Shown one piece after another: positions 27,756 to 38,044 of a stretch of DNA of 64,000 bases (position 1 is the first letter of the stretch; each line of letters starts with the position of its first letter). The DNA comes from Oscillospiraceae bacterium. Its GTDB lineage: Bacteria > Bacillota > Clostridia > Oscillospirales > Ruminococcaceae. The notes beneath the pieces were generated by a model. The model did no database searches and was not told the origin of the DNA. It saw only the letters and a program-made list of their open reading frames with translations. Where the stretch lies: positions 37,426-101,425 of the forward strand of contig JAGAZJ010000027.1 of NCBI GenBank assembly GCA_018110925.1. The letters are read 5' to 3'. A program made the translations under genes and the position numbers.

Positions 27756-29987
27756 TCAGTTCTTGTCCTTCTTGTCGCAGTAGGCTATACCGAGTCCCAC
27801 AGTGGACATATAGCATCTGCCGTATACGTTCATATCTCCCGTCACAAACTGACCGTTGCCCGTGCCGCCGAAGCTGTGCAGGTCGTCGTTCACACGTTCC
27901 CAGCTCTCTCCGCCGTTCTCGGACATATATATTCCCTCTGCATCGCTGTCCTTGGGTGTGCCCCATACATACAGCACATAGGGGTCGCCGTCATTTTTAG
28001 GTCTGCCGAGTCCCACAGCCTCACAGTATTTGAGCCCCGGCACAAGCGCCATATTCTCGCCCGAATCCTCGGTGGTAAGAAGTCCCATGCCGCCTGCGGG
28101 GATATACACCCTGCCCTCTGCGCCCGGATCTACCGCCAGACGCTTGAATGAACCCGATGTGTCGTACTTTCTCTTGAAGGTCTTTCCCCTGTCGTGGCTT
28201 ACATAGAACACACTGTTGCCGCATCCGTAGACTATATCACTGTTTACGGGGTCGCCCACCAGATAGACGTTCTGATTGCCGATGATACCGCTGACCTCGC
28301 TCCATGTCTCGCCCCAGTCATCGGTCTGATACGCATGAGTGCCGTTTGACGGGCTCCATATGAGCGAACCGCCGTCTGCGGTGAGAGCCAGCTTGCCTCT
28401 GTACAGCTTCTTTGAGCTGTCGGGGCAGTTTCTTATATCCTTCCACGTTTTGCCGCCGTCGGTAGTATAAGTGAGGAGCATCGTTGACTCATCGCCGCCC
28501 ACCTTTGCCCATGTGTCATTCGCCCTTGCCGCAACAGCTATGGATGATACAGAGCCTATCTGCCTTGTGTGGCGCACAGCAGGCTTCCTGATGTCCTCAT
28601 GCACAAACCCGTCATAGTCGCCCACCGCAGTTATCAGGGGATAATCCTTGTATGAGGCTATATCCTCGGGGACAGTCTCCTCCAGTCCCTTTGCGTCAAA
28701 ATAGAATTCGGGAGCATCTGCCCAGACATCATCACAGGCAAATATTCCATTGCCGGAATTCACCAGCACCTTGCCCGGATCGCCGCTATCCATAGCCAGA
28801 GAGGAGCACCAGTGTATAGCTGCATTTGACACCCAGTCCATACCATTGGAGGATAGGGTGTACTTCCCCGACAGCTCCTCCCACGTCACACCGCCGTCCG
28901 TTGAGCGATAGAACTTGTCGCCGTATGCGCCGTTGGGCTGTTCTGCCCACACCTCGCTGGTCACAAGGAATATCCTGTTCTCATCGCCCGGGTCTATGAC
29001 TATATCGCCGATGGTGGATGATGATGCCGACAAGTCATCATAGCTGCCGCCGTCCGCATCATATCTGATAAGACCGCCGTTCTGACTGTTCCACGGGCCC
29101 TCATTGTTGCCGTAACAGACATACAGCCGCCCCTTTTTATCCATATCAAAGCGCTGGGGCATGAAGGTATTGAGCTCCTCCGGCACACAGTCAGGCACCT
29201 TCCACGTCCTGCCCCCATCGTCGGACATATAGATATTATCCTCATTCACCCTTGATACGCCCGCATATATTCGTGCAGTTCTGCCGCCGTCGGTCTTTGA
29301 GCCGTCAAAGAGGATTATGTTTATGCCGTTCTCATTGGCAGTGGAGCTCACGGGGAAGTCTGTCTTCTCCCATGTCCTGCCGCCGTCCTCAGAGCGTATC
29401 ATGCCGCCTGTCCTGCCGCCTATGAGTATAACATCGGGATCGTTCGGGTCAACGGCTATCCTTTCGCCGTTGCCTCTGCCCATTCCGTTGCCGTGAACTC
29501 TTATCAGGTCGGTGACGTCCACCCTGTCAAAATGCTCGCCGTAATCATGGGATATGAACACACAGGTCCTGCCGCCGCTGAAATATGACGTTCCTGCAAT
29601 CATATAGACATTTGCGGCATTTGTAGGGTCTGCGGCTATACCGTCAATACCCAGAAGGCCCACATCGTCCTTGGATATGTCATAGCTTAAAGACACCCAT
29701 TCCGACTTGTCCCTGTCCCAGCGGTACGCACCGCCGACATCCGTCCTTGCATAGAAAAGCCCTGCCTCACAGGTGCTTATGATGCCTGTGACAAATCCTC
29801 CGCCGCCTATGGCGACCTGACCGTATTCCCAGCCGTCATTCACAAAACTGTCCTGAACCACGGTCTCTTCTGCCGCTGTGGTCTCTTCCGCCGCCGTTGC
29901 TGTTTCGGTCACAGGTCCTCCTGTCCTGGCACAGCCTGTCACTATAAGTGCGCAGACCGCCGCATATGTGATAATATTCTTCTTCAT
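27756..29987 (-). CDS. GH74 xyloglucanase-like lipoprotein
   Basis: Lipobox IVTGC; GGGGFVTG, ARTDVGGAYRW (catalytic Asp), GNGMGRGNGER, GLEETV, GDYDGF (second Asp), SxDGGxTW BNR repeats. No dockerin or CBM visible. Confidence 0.92.
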   Translation of the reverse strand: MKKNIITYAAVCALIVTGCARTGGPVTETATAAEETTAAEETVVQDSFVNDGWEYGQVAIGGGGFVTGIISTCEAGLFYARTDVGGAYRWDRDKSEWVSLSYDISKDDVGLLGIDGIAADPTNAANVYMIAGTSYFSGGRTCVFISHDYGEHFDRVDVTDLIRVHGNGMGRGNGERIAVDPNDPDVILIGGRTGGMIRSEDGGRTWEKTDFPVSSTANENGINIILFDGSKTDGGRTARIYAGVSRVNEDNIYMSDDGGRTWKVPDCVPEELNTFMPQRFDMDKKGRLYVCYGNNEGPWNSQNGGLIRYDADGGSYDDLSASSSTIGDIVIDPGDENRIFLVTSEVWAEQPNGAYGDKFYRSTDGGVTWEELSGKYTLSSNGMDWVSNAAIHWCSSLAMDSGDPGKVLVNSGNGIFACDDVWADAPEFYFDAKGLEETVPEDIASYKDYPLITAVGDYDGFVHEDIRKPAVRHTRQIGSVSSIAVAARANDTWAKVGGDESTMLLTYTTDGGKTWKDIRNCPDSSKKLYRGKLALTADGGSLIWSPSNGTHAYQTDDWGETWSEVSGIIGNQNVYLVGDPVNSDIVYGCGNSVFYVSHDRGKTFKRKYDTSGSFKRLAVDPGAEGRVYIPAGGMGLLTTEDSGENMALVPGLKYCEAVGLGRPKNDGDPYVLYVWGTPKDSDAEGIYMSENGGESWERVNDDLHSFGGTGNGQFVTGDMNVYGRCYMSTVGLGIAYCDKKDKN

Positions 29988-29999
29988 ACATTCCTCACA

Positions 30000-30704
30000 T
30001 CAATATCCGCTGTTGCCGTGCTTTTTAAGGAACACCGACACGCCTGCGATAACAGCCGCCGCAACGACTACTATCAGCACAACGATGAGCACCTTCATAA
30101 GCGTATTCGAGCTGTCGGGCGCATTAGCCGCAACTTCCTCCGGAGCTATCTCTTCGTCACGCTTTGGCACGGCATATTCGGGCTCTGTAACGCTCTTGTC
30201 GATGTTTGTTACGGTAAGGCTCGTCACCTTGAGATGTGTGCCCGTATCACCGATATTCACCGCATATACCGCCGAGAAATCGGAAGTGCCGTATGCCTCG
30301 ACTATGGCGGCATAGCTGAATTTTGCGTCCATCCTGCTGTACTCATAGGGGGCTACCTTTGCCCATCTCACAGCGTCGGGATTGGGCTCAACGGGGCCGT
30401 CCCATGTCTGCCATATAAGCTCCACAGGGCTCTGGGAAAGCTCTCCCTCGGGCTCGTCAAGCTCATACTCAACTATTACCTCCGATTGTTCCGTCATCCA
30501 GAGGGGATTGAAATTATTCACAAACTTTCTGTCAGTTTCAAGCGGTGTGTATTCCGTAAAGGACTGCTGCCATTCGCCGTTTGTCATGATAGCAGACGAA
30601 ACATCACACCTGAAATCCTCTGCACAGACGCTGATAGTCAGTATCATCGAGCAGAAAAACACGATCGTCGAGAATATGATGCATTTTATCATGTCCTTCT
30701 TCAT
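30000..30704 (-). CDS. Non-catalytic surface protein: signal peptide, CBM65-like module, linker, C-terminal TM anchor
   Basis: ELIWQTW...WAKVAPY...AKFSYAAIVEAYGTSDFSAVYAVNIG...LKVTSLT resembles, from memory, the CBM65 of Eubacterium cellulosolvens Cel5A; TM plus KKH tail; 12 bp upstream of the GH74 gene. Confidence 0.65.
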   Translation of the reverse strand: MKKDMIKCIIFSTIVFFCSMILTISVCAEDFRCDVSSAIMTNGEWQQSFTEYTPLETDRKFVNNFNPLWMTEQSEVIVEYELDEPEGELSQSPVELIWQTWDGPVEPNPDAVRWAKVAPYEYSRMDAKFSYAAIVEAYGTSDFSAVYAVNIGDTGTHLKVTSLTVTNIDKSVTEPEYAVPKRDEEIAPEEVAANAPDSSNTLMKVLIVVLIVVVAAAVIAGVSVFLKKHGNSGY

Positions 30705-30802
30705 TGTGCATTCTCCTTTCGCAGGATATTCCTGATCACTGTTCAGTATAGTATAATTTTACAATATTCATCACAAAAAGTCAATAGATTTATTGAATAT
30801 AT

Positions 30803-30860
30803 AAAAAGACATCCCCTCGGAGCAGGCACACAAAATGTGCGCAGTTCAAAGGGGATATCT
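30803..30860 (-). terminator. Terminator of the arg cluster
   Basis: AAAAAGACATCCCCT...AGGGGATATCT hairpin just downstream of argF. Confidence 0.6.
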
Positions 30861-30878
30861 ATGTGCGCTTAATCCCTG

Positions 30879-31787
30879 TCACTTCAAAAGCCTTACCATG
30901 ACCGCCTTCTGAGCGTGGAGCCTGTTCTCGGCCTCGTCGAATATCTCATCCGCATGAGCCTCGAACACCTTGGCGGTTATCTCCTCCTCACGGTGAGCGG
31001 GAAGGCAGTGCTGAACGATAGCGTCCTGCCTTGCGGCTGACATTACCTCGTCATTCACCTGATAACCTGCAAAAGCCTTTTTCCTTATCTGTGCTTCGCC
31101 CTCCTGACCCATAGATGCCCATACGTCGGTAAAGATCACGTCAGCGTCCTTTGCGGCGCCAACGGGGCTGTCAGTCAGCTCAAACATTCCCTCAAAGCCC
31201 TTTGCAAAGTCAAGCACGCTCCGGTCCGGATGATATCCCTCGGGGCAGGCGACAGACACCTTCATGCCCACCGTAAGTCCGCCCACGATAAGCGAATTCG
31301 CCATATTGTTGCCGTCGCCGATATATGTCATTTTCAGCCCGTCAAACTGACCCTTGTACTCCCTGATGGTCATAAGATCCGCAAGCACCTGACAGGGGTG
31401 GCAGTAATCCGTCAGACCGTTTATTATCGGTATGCTGCCGTACTCCGCCAGGTCCTCGACTTCTTTCTGCTCAAATGTGCGTATCATGATTCCGTCAAGA
31501 TAGCGTGAGAGAACTCTCGCAGTGTCCTCGACGGGCTCTCCCCTGCCTATCTGAAGATCCTTTGACGAAAGGAAGAGAGCATTGCCGCCGAGCTGATACA
31601 TACCCGTTTCAAAGGATACCCTTGTGCGTGTGGAGGACTTCTGGAATATCATTCCGAGCGTCTTGCCCTCCAGATGGCGGTGGGATATGCCGTGCTTGAG
31701 TTCGTATTTGAGCTGGTCTGCAAGGTTGAGGAGTTCTATTATATCATCACGGGTAAGATCCGCCATTTTCAGAAGATGCTTTTTCAT
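30879..31787 (-). CDS. argF: Ornithine carbamoyltransferase
   Basis: SSTRTR, HPCQVLAD, DVWASMG, HCLP, EAENRLH. Confidence 0.97.
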   Translation of the reverse strand: MKKHLLKMADLTRDDIIELLNLADQLKYELKHGISHRHLEGKTLGMIFQKSSTRTRVSFETGMYQLGGNALFLSSKDLQIGRGEPVEDTARVLSRYLDGIMIRTFEQKEVEDLAEYGSIPIINGLTDYCHPCQVLADLMTIREYKGQFDGLKMTYIGDGNNMANSLIVGGLTVGMKVSVACPEGYHPDRSVLDFAKGFEGMFELTDSPVGAAKDADVIFTDVWASMGQEGEAQIRKKAFAGYQVNDEVMSAARQDAIVQHCLPAHREEEITAKVFEAHADEIFDEAENRLHAQKAVMVRLLK

Positions 31788-32953
31788 TTCAATACCTCCC
31801 TGAGTATGTCAAGCCCCTTGTCTATGTCCTCCACAGATATGGTGAGAGGGGGCAGGAGCCTTACCTTCTCCTTTGCGGTGAGTATCAGAAGTCCCTTTTC
31901 AGCAGCCTTTTCCATCACCTCATGAGCATCCTTGTCTTTAAGCACCACGCCAATCATCATGCCCATTCCCGTCACTGCCTCGACTTCGTCCATATCGAGA
32001 AGCGCCTTTGAGATGTAGTATCCCTTGTTCACCACATCGGCAAGAAATCCGTCAGATGTGAGCCTGTCGAGGACTGCACCCGCACCTGCGCAGGCAACGG
32101 GGTTGCCGCCGAATGTCGAGCCGTGAGCGCCCTTTCCGAGCACCTGAGCGCACTTCTCGCCCGCAAGGCACGCACCCATAGGTATGCCGCCTGCGATACC
32201 CTTTGCAAGAGTGGTCACATCGGGCTTTACACCGTATTGCTCGCTTGCCAGCACTGTGCCTGTCCTGCCCATGCCCGACTGCACTTCATCGGCGATGGTG
32301 AGTATATCGTTCTTTTCGCAGAGTTCAAATATCTTGCTCACAAAATCATTGTCGAGCCTGTTTACACCGCCCTCGCCCTGAACAAATTCAAACATAACTG
32401 CACATATGCTCTTATCCTCTGCTATGAGCTTTTCAAGAGCGGGGATATCGTTTACTGGAGTGTTCACAAATCCGGGCGTGAAGGGGAAGAAATAGTTGTG
32501 GAACACGTCCTGACCCGTTGCGGAAAGTGTGGTCACTGTCCTGCCGTGGAAGGAATTCACGAGAGTTACGATAGTGCCCCTGTCCTTGCCGTATTTGTCA
32601 AAGGAATACTTCCTTGCTATCTTTATAGCACATTCATTTGCCTCAGCTCCCGAATTACCGAAGAATACCGACTTGTATCCCGTGATGCCGCAGAGCCTCT
32701 CCGCAAGGTCTGCCTGCACCTTTGTGTAAAAATAATTGGATGTGTGCTGTATGCTCCTTACCTGGGCGCATACCGCATCTGCCCACTTCTCATCGCAGTA
32801 TCCGAGAGAGTTGGTGCCGATCCCGCTGCCGAAGTCTATATAGCTCTTGCCGTCCTCATCAACGGCACAGGCTGAGCTTCCCTTTTCAAGAACGATAGGC
32901 AGCCTGCCGTATGTCTGCATAACGTGGCTGTCGAATTTCTCTATTGTTGACAT
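31784..32953 (-). CDS. argD: Acetylornithine aminotransferase
   Basis: NSGAEANE, SFHGRT, DEVQSGMGRTG, TLAKGIAGG, HGSTFGGNP. Confidence 0.95.
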   Translation of the reverse strand: MSTIEKFDSHVMQTYGRLPIVLEKGSSACAVDEDGKSYIDFGSGIGTNSLGYCDEKWADAVCAQVRSIQHTSNYFYTKVQADLAERLCGITGYKSVFFGNSGAEANECAIKIARKYSFDKYGKDRGTIVTLVNSFHGRTVTTLSATGQDVFHNYFFPFTPGFVNTPVNDIPALEKLIAEDKSICAVMFEFVQGEGGVNRLDNDFVSKIFELCEKNDILTIADEVQSGMGRTGTVLASEQYGVKPDVTTLAKGIAGGIPMGACLAGEKCAQVLGKGAHGSTFGGNPVACAGAGAVLDRLTSDGFLADVVNKGYYISKALLDMDEVEAVTGMGMMIGVVLKDKDAHEVMEKAAEKGLLILTAKEKVRLLPPLTISVEDIDKGLDILREVLK

Positions 32954-32968
32954 AGTGTTTACCTTCTT

Positions 32969-33229
32969 TCATTTCCACAGTCCCTCGGGAGAATAATGAT
33001 CCCCGAACTGTCTTTCTGTATATGTCCTGTCATACGGCGTTATATCCGCCGTACCCGTTATAAGAGCCTGCCTGCATATATCCGCCGCCGTCGGCTCGGA
33101 CACGGAAGGATTGAGATATCTTTCATCGTCTGTGCGTATCACCAGCGCACGCAGGACAGTGTCATAGTACATCGTGTGGCACTCCGCAACGAGCGGCCTG
33201 CTCTTTTCATCATTCATGAGCACTCTCAT
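32969..33229 (-). CDS. Small hypothetical protein (86 aa)
   Basis: Fills the gap between the lipoprotein stop (1 bp away) and argD (15 bp away). Confidence 0.65.
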   Translation of the reverse strand: MRVLMNDEKSRPLVAECHTMYYDTVLRALVIRTDDERYLNPSVSEPTAADICRQALITGTADITPYDRTYTERQFGDHYSPEGLWK

Positions 33230-33230
33230 A

Positions 33231-34550
33231 TCAGCCCACCGCCACAGGCACGAACTCTACTTCCTTGTATTCATCGGCAAAGAACTGCTGAGTGCCGTTG
33301 TCATAATCATATTCCTCCGCCTGTCTGCCATCGACAGTGTAGAAGAATGTGCCGTCGCTCAGCTTCAGCGCTTGATAAACGTGCTTTGCGTAAAGCGCAC
33401 CTGCATCAAATTCGGACAGATAGAACCTGTCGGACAGGTCATGCTCTCTCCATACAAGTGTACCTTGCTTGTCGTTCATAAGGAGAGTGTACTCCGTTTC
33501 ACCCGATGACGAGTAGTCTACATCAAGATCCATCATGCCGAAATAATCATAGGGTGAGAAGTCGCCGGAGGGTATGCTGCCCGAATACTTGACTCCCTTG
33601 TCATACGAATACACGTCACATCTGTATTCGTTTGAGAGCACAAGCTCCTTGGTGCCGTCCGCCGTGACATCTATCTGAGCCATTTTATCGGGAACTCCCC
33701 ACTGCTCGCCCTCTGTGGGCAGAGAGAGTATCAGCTCGTCAAATGCAGTCTCTTCGTCGCTATCTCCGAACACTGCGGATATGCCGTGTTCATTGAGATA
33801 GAAATTCCTGCCGAGGTTGACATACCGTCCCTCAAAATTCTCCTCGTATGCCTTGTAGTACTCTTCCTTGGTGGTTTCTTCGCCGTCAATGTAGTAAAGC
33901 TCCACCATATTATCGTAATCCACGTTTTCTTCACCGGCTCTGTAATCGGGGCCGTTGTATCCCTCTATCGACAGACCGTTCACCAGCTTGTTGCCGTCGA
34001 ATGTGCTTATCATATTATAGAAGCTGCCCATACCGCCGTTGGCGTTGTCGAAATACCCTTTGCCGGTCATATATATAGCTTCACCGTATGAGCCCACATA
34101 GTCTATGAATTCCACCTTGCCGTCTGCCAGTGCGAAAAGCTGAGCCGATGATGCGTGCCAGTCACCCTCTGATACCAGAAGCTCGGGGGTGCTGTCGCCG
34201 CCCACGTCATATACGGAGAACATGAATGTTGACATATCCTCGCCCTCATGCTCTGCGATGATCTCTCTGAGCTTTGCGGTGTATGCGTCTTTATAAGAAA
34301 GGTCTATATCGGATGCGGCGGGGGTCTCCGTAACGCTCTCGGTCTGTGATGTCTCCTCGGATGTCTCTGTTTCCGATACAGTATCGGAAGTAGTCTCGGT
34401 AGAAGTCTCGGACACGGCTTCGGTCACTTCGGACGCAGCAGCGTCGGTCCGTACAGGTGTCGCTGCCTGTGTGTCCGCAGGAGCGGCTGCTGTACAGCCG
34501 CAGAGAAGTGCTGCTGTGATAAGGCTCAATACTCTTTTATCTCTTTTCAT
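33231..34550 (-). CDS. Acidic lipoprotein with an S/T/E-rich linker and two DxxxDxxxEL Ca-binding-like motifs
   Basis: Lipobox LLCGC; YDVGGDSTPELLVS and IDVTADGTKELVLS; GGAGG RBS. Confidence 0.82.
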   Translation of the reverse strand: MKRDKRVLSLITAALLCGCTAAAPADTQAATPVRTDAAASEVTEAVSETSTETTSDTVSETETSEETSQTESVTETPAASDIDLSYKDAYTAKLREIIAEHEGEDMSTFMFSVYDVGGDSTPELLVSEGDWHASSAQLFALADGKVEFIDYVGSYGEAIYMTGKGYFDNANGGMGSFYNMISTFDGNKLVNGLSIEGYNGPDYRAGEENVDYDNMVELYYIDGEETTKEEYYKAYEENFEGRYVNLGRNFYLNEHGISAVFGDSDEETAFDELILSLPTEGEQWGVPDKMAQIDVTADGTKELVLSNEYRCDVYSYDKGVKYSGSIPSGDFSPYDYFGMMDLDVDYSSSGETEYTLLMNDKQGTLVWREHDLSDRFYLSEFDAGALYAKHVYQALKLSDGTFFYTVDGRQAEEYDYDNGTQQFFADEYKEVEFVPVAVG

Positions 34551-34565
34551 ATCTTTGCCTCCGTT

Positions 34566-35423
34566 TTACGCAAACTGAGTTCCTATGCCCTCGTTTGAGA
34601 GAAGCTCTATCAGTATGGAGTGAGGTATCCTGCCGTCTATTATAACAGCCTTGTTCACTCCTCGTCTGACAGCCTCCACACAGCAGTCTATCTTAGGTAT
34701 CATACCGCCGCTGATTATGCCCTGACGCTTGAGGAAGGGCACTTCGCTCACCTGTACCTTGGCTATTAGAGTGGATTCATCATCCTTGTCCCTGAGAAGT
34801 CCTCTTATGTCGGTCATGAGCACCAGATTTTCCGCAGAAAGCTCTGCGGCTATCCTTGCCGCCGCTGTGTCGGCGTTTATGTTGTAGGTCTGACCGTTGC
34901 TGTCAGTGGCAACAGTTGCGATAACGGGGATATATCCGTTGTTGAGGGCATCTGTAATAGGCTTGGTGTCCACCTCGTCTATCTCGCCGACGAAGCCGAG
35001 GTCGTGCTCTGCCTCCAGCTTGTGACAGCGTATCATACTGCCGTCTATGCCGCACATACCGAGCGCCTTGCCCTTGTGCTGTGCAAGATGCGCCACAAGC
35101 TCCTTGTTGACCTTGCCCGCAAGAACCATCTTTACTATATCCACCGTTGCTTCATCGGTATATCGCAGACCGTTTATGAATTTGCTCTCTATGCCCACAC
35201 GTCTGAGCATATCGTTAATCTCGGGACCGCCGCCGTGTACCAGAACGGTCTTTATCCCAACAAGGTTGAGAAGCACGATGTCGCTCATGACGGCATCTTT
35301 CAGCTCCTCGTTGGTCATGGCGTTGCCACCGTACTTTATGACCACTATCTTGTTGTTATACTTCTGTATGTAAGGAAGTGCGTCTATAAGTACTTTGGAA
35401 CGCACATCATCTGCTATATTCAT
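34566..35423 (-). CDS. argB: Acetylglutamate kinase
   Basis: VIKYGGNAM, VHGGGP, NGLRYT, YNINAD, GGMIPK. Confidence 0.97.
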   Translation of the reverse strand: MNIADDVRSKVLIDALPYIQKYNNKIVVIKYGGNAMTNEELKDAVMSDIVLLNLVGIKTVLVHGGGPEINDMLRRVGIESKFINGLRYTDEATVDIVKMVLAGKVNKELVAHLAQHKGKALGMCGIDGSMIRCHKLEAEHDLGFVGEIDEVDTKPITDALNNGYIPVIATVATDSNGQTYNINADTAAARIAAELSAENLVLMTDIRGLLRDKDDESTLIAKVQVSEVPFLKRQGIISGGMIPKIDCCVEAVRRGVNKAVIIDGRIPHSILIELLSNEGIGTQFA

Positions 35424-35451
35424 TACTATCCCTCTCTCAAAGATAATGTCA

Positions 35452-36729
35452 TCACGAACGGTAATCGCCGTTTATCTTAACATAGTCATATGTGAGGTCA
35501 CAGCCCCATGCGGTCGCATCAGCACTGCCCCTGTGAAGATCGACGAAAATCTCTATCTCGTCCTCCTCAAGTATTGACTTGGCAAGATCCTCGTCAAATT
35601 TAAGTCCAAGACCCTTCTCGCAGACAAGTATCCTGCCGGCCTTCGAGATGTAGTATACATCAGCCTCTGTCACATCACAATCCGTGTCGGCATAGCCCAT
35701 AGCGCACATGATACGGCCGCAGTTGGCATCGGCGCCGTACATAGCGCACTTTACCAGCGGCGAGCGGATAACGCTCTTTGCTATGATTATCGCCGTGTCA
35801 AGGTCGGGAGCGCCCGTGCATACGCAAGTAACCAGCTTTGTTGCACCCTCGCCGTCCTTTGCAAGCATACGGGTGAGATTTGCCATGACCTGTGTGAGCG
35901 CCGCCTTGAAGGCATCAAAGTCCGCACCCTCGGATGTGATCTCAGCATTGCCCGCAAGACCGCTGGACATCAGCATACAGGTGTCATTTGTTGACTGGTC
36001 GCCGTCCACGGACAGGCAGTTGTATGTTATCTTGACCACCTGTGAGAGTGCCTTTTGCAGCATTTCGGAGGATACCGCACAGTCGGTGGATATGAAGTTC
36101 AGGGTGGTCGCCATATTGGGATGTATCATACCCGAGCCCTTTGCCATGCCGCCCAGGGTACATTCCTTTCCGCCGACGGTGAACTTTACCGCATATTCCT
36201 TCTTCACCGTGTCGGTGGTCATGATGGCGGTAGCGGCTTCAACGTTGCCTGTATAAGAAAGTGCGTCGTAAAGCGGATCTATCGCCTTCTGTATCGGCTC
36301 TAAAGGCAATACCTGACCGATAACGCCGGTGCTTGCGACTATGACCATATCCGGTGTTATGCCCAGCTTCTCTGCCACCATGCCGCACATTGCACGAGCC
36401 TTTTCCTCACCGTCGCCGTTGCAGGTATTGGCATTGCCCGAATTCACTATCACAGCCTTTGCACGGCCGCCGTTGACCGCAAGGTTGTCTCTTGTCACAA
36501 CAACAGGCGCACCCTTTACCTTGTTTGAGGTATACACACCTGCGGTGTTGCACACAACATCTGCCACAACAAGGGCTATGTCGTTCTTTTTGCCCGGAAC
36601 GGGGCTCTCATTGCCGTCTGCCCCTGTCTGCATGAATGCCTTTATCCCGCAGTAGTATCCGCTTGCCCTGAATCCCTTTGCGGCGCAGATGCCGCCGTCG
36701 GTAACAGGGAATTTATCCATATCTATCAT
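35452..36729 (-). CDS. argJ: Ornithine acetyltransferase / N-acetylglutamate synthase
   Basis: NSGNAN, STGVIG, IMTTDT, GMAKGSGMIHPNMAT, DGDQSTND, DGEGATK, YVKINGDYRS. Confidence 0.97.
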   Translation of the reverse strand: MIDMDKFPVTDGGICAAKGFRASGYYCGIKAFMQTGADGNESPVPGKKNDIALVVADVVCNTAGVYTSNKVKGAPVVVTRDNLAVNGGRAKAVIVNSGNANTCNGDGEEKARAMCGMVAEKLGITPDMVIVASTGVIGQVLPLEPIQKAIDPLYDALSYTGNVEAATAIMTTDTVKKEYAVKFTVGGKECTLGGMAKGSGMIHPNMATTLNFISTDCAVSSEMLQKALSQVVKITYNCLSVDGDQSTNDTCMLMSSGLAGNAEITSEGADFDAFKAALTQVMANLTRMLAKDGEGATKLVTCVCTGAPDLDTAIIIAKSVIRSPLVKCAMYGADANCGRIMCAMGYADTDCDVTEADVYYISKAGRILVCEKGLGLKFDEDLAKSILEEDEIEIFVDLHRGSADATAWGCDLTYDYVKINGDYRS

Positions 36730-36753
36730 TTCTCACACCATCCATTACAGCTA

Positions 36754-37509
36754 TCACACAGGAGCCACAAGTATACGTCCTGTGCCGCGGTATACATTCA
36801 CAAGTCCTTCGCCTGATGCCGCGGAACCGATGAGGGACTTGGTGGATCTCTCCACTGTAAACTGCAGACTTGTTGACCACGCTATCGCCATATTGCCGTC
36901 TATCTTGATGCAGTCATTGTCAAGCTCATACACCAGCAGTTCTTCCTGAGGAACGACGCTCTCAAGGGCGACAACGCCGCTGCCCTGCAGGGATGTATTG
37001 AACAGACCCTCGCCGCCCAGAGCGGCAGATGACAGGTTCGTGCGGGCTACTACCTTCATGTTCACGGTGTCATCACAGGCAAGGAAAAGCCCGTCCTCGA
37101 TGGTCATGGCACCATTCCAATCGGAAAGATCCTGGAGTATGATGTACTTGTAGGTAGGTTCACAAAGTACGGTGCCCGTACCTGCATATCTGGGCTTTAT
37201 GGCGGTTTCGCCCGTGACCTTTGCACCCACCATCTTCTTGAACAGATCGCCTGCGCCCTGCACATTGGTGGCTATATTCACATTGCCCGTGGTGATCTGC
37301 ATCGCGCCTGCCTGGAGGACTACTCCGCCGCCGTTGAGGGTGCATATGAGCTGCTTCTTGTGAAGCCCCATCTGAGACATGAAGAACGCTGTCTGTGCAG
37401 TAGCTGCATTGACTGAAACGTCCTTTTGATATTCAAGCACGGACATACTTCCCAGTCTTGAGGTGACTTTTCTTACAGGGGTGTCATCAAGCATATTAGT
37501 GCGTATCAT
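36754..37509 (-). CDS. AIM24-family protein
   Basis: QAGAM, TGETAIKPRY.G.G, GGEGLFN, KIDGNMAIAWS, SGEGLVNVYRGTG. Confidence 0.85.
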   Translation of the reverse strand: MIRTNMLDDTPVRKVTSRLGSMSVLEYQKDVSVNAATAQTAFFMSQMGLHKKQLICTLNGGGVVLQAGAMQITTGNVNIATNVQGAGDLFKKMVGAKVTGETAIKPRYAGTGTVLCEPTYKYIILQDLSDWNGAMTIEDGLFLACDDTVNMKVVARTNLSSAALGGEGLFNTSLQGSGVVALESVVPQEELLVYELDNDCIKIDGNMAIAWSTSLQFTVERSTKSLIGSAASGEGLVNVYRGTGRILVAPV

Positions 37510-37599
37510 AGATCATGCTCCTTTCATTTTTACAGCGGCTCTGCGCCGTCCAAAGTATACCGCAGGCGGTGAGCCTGCGCATCGCTGCCCGTTCTGTCA

Positions 37600-38043
37600 T
37601 CAGTCGGGAAGCTTCACCCTGATGTAGTACATTGCTGTATCGCCGTTCTTTGTGATCTTTCGATGCATCACATCGGTTATCTCGAAAACGAGGGTCTCGC
37701 CTTCCCTGCATTTGTATTCCATGGTACTGCCGTTGCTGGGGATCCACAGATGTACTTGTATAAGGTTTCCCTTGTACATTTTGTCGTAGGGGATGGCAAG
37801 GATATCCTCTGTTGTTGTCTCAGTCTTGACATTCACGTCATCGGTTGCCTTTAATGTAAGTGTCTTACCCTCAAGCTCAAAATACCACTCCGATACATCA
37901 GCGTCTGCAAAGGGATGCTCGGCACGGGTCGCATCCACTACCGCTTCCGGGCTTGCAAAGTCCGTCTTCGGCGCCGATGTGCCGCACGCTGAAAACATCA
38001 TAACTGTCACAAACAAAGCAGGAAATATATGTCTTATCTTCAT
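37600..38043 (-). CDS. Hypothetical lipoprotein
   Basis: MKIRHIFPALFVTVMMFSAC lipobox; starts 1 bp after the upstream stop. Confidence 0.75.
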   Translation of the reverse strand: MKIRHIFPALFVTVMMFSACGTSAPKTDFASPEAVVDATRAEHPFADADVSEWYFELEGKTLTLKATDDVNVKTETTTEDILAIPYDKMYKGNLIQVHLWIPSNGSTMEYKCREGETLVFEITDVMHRKITKNGDTAMYYIRVKLPD

Positions 38044-38044
38044 G

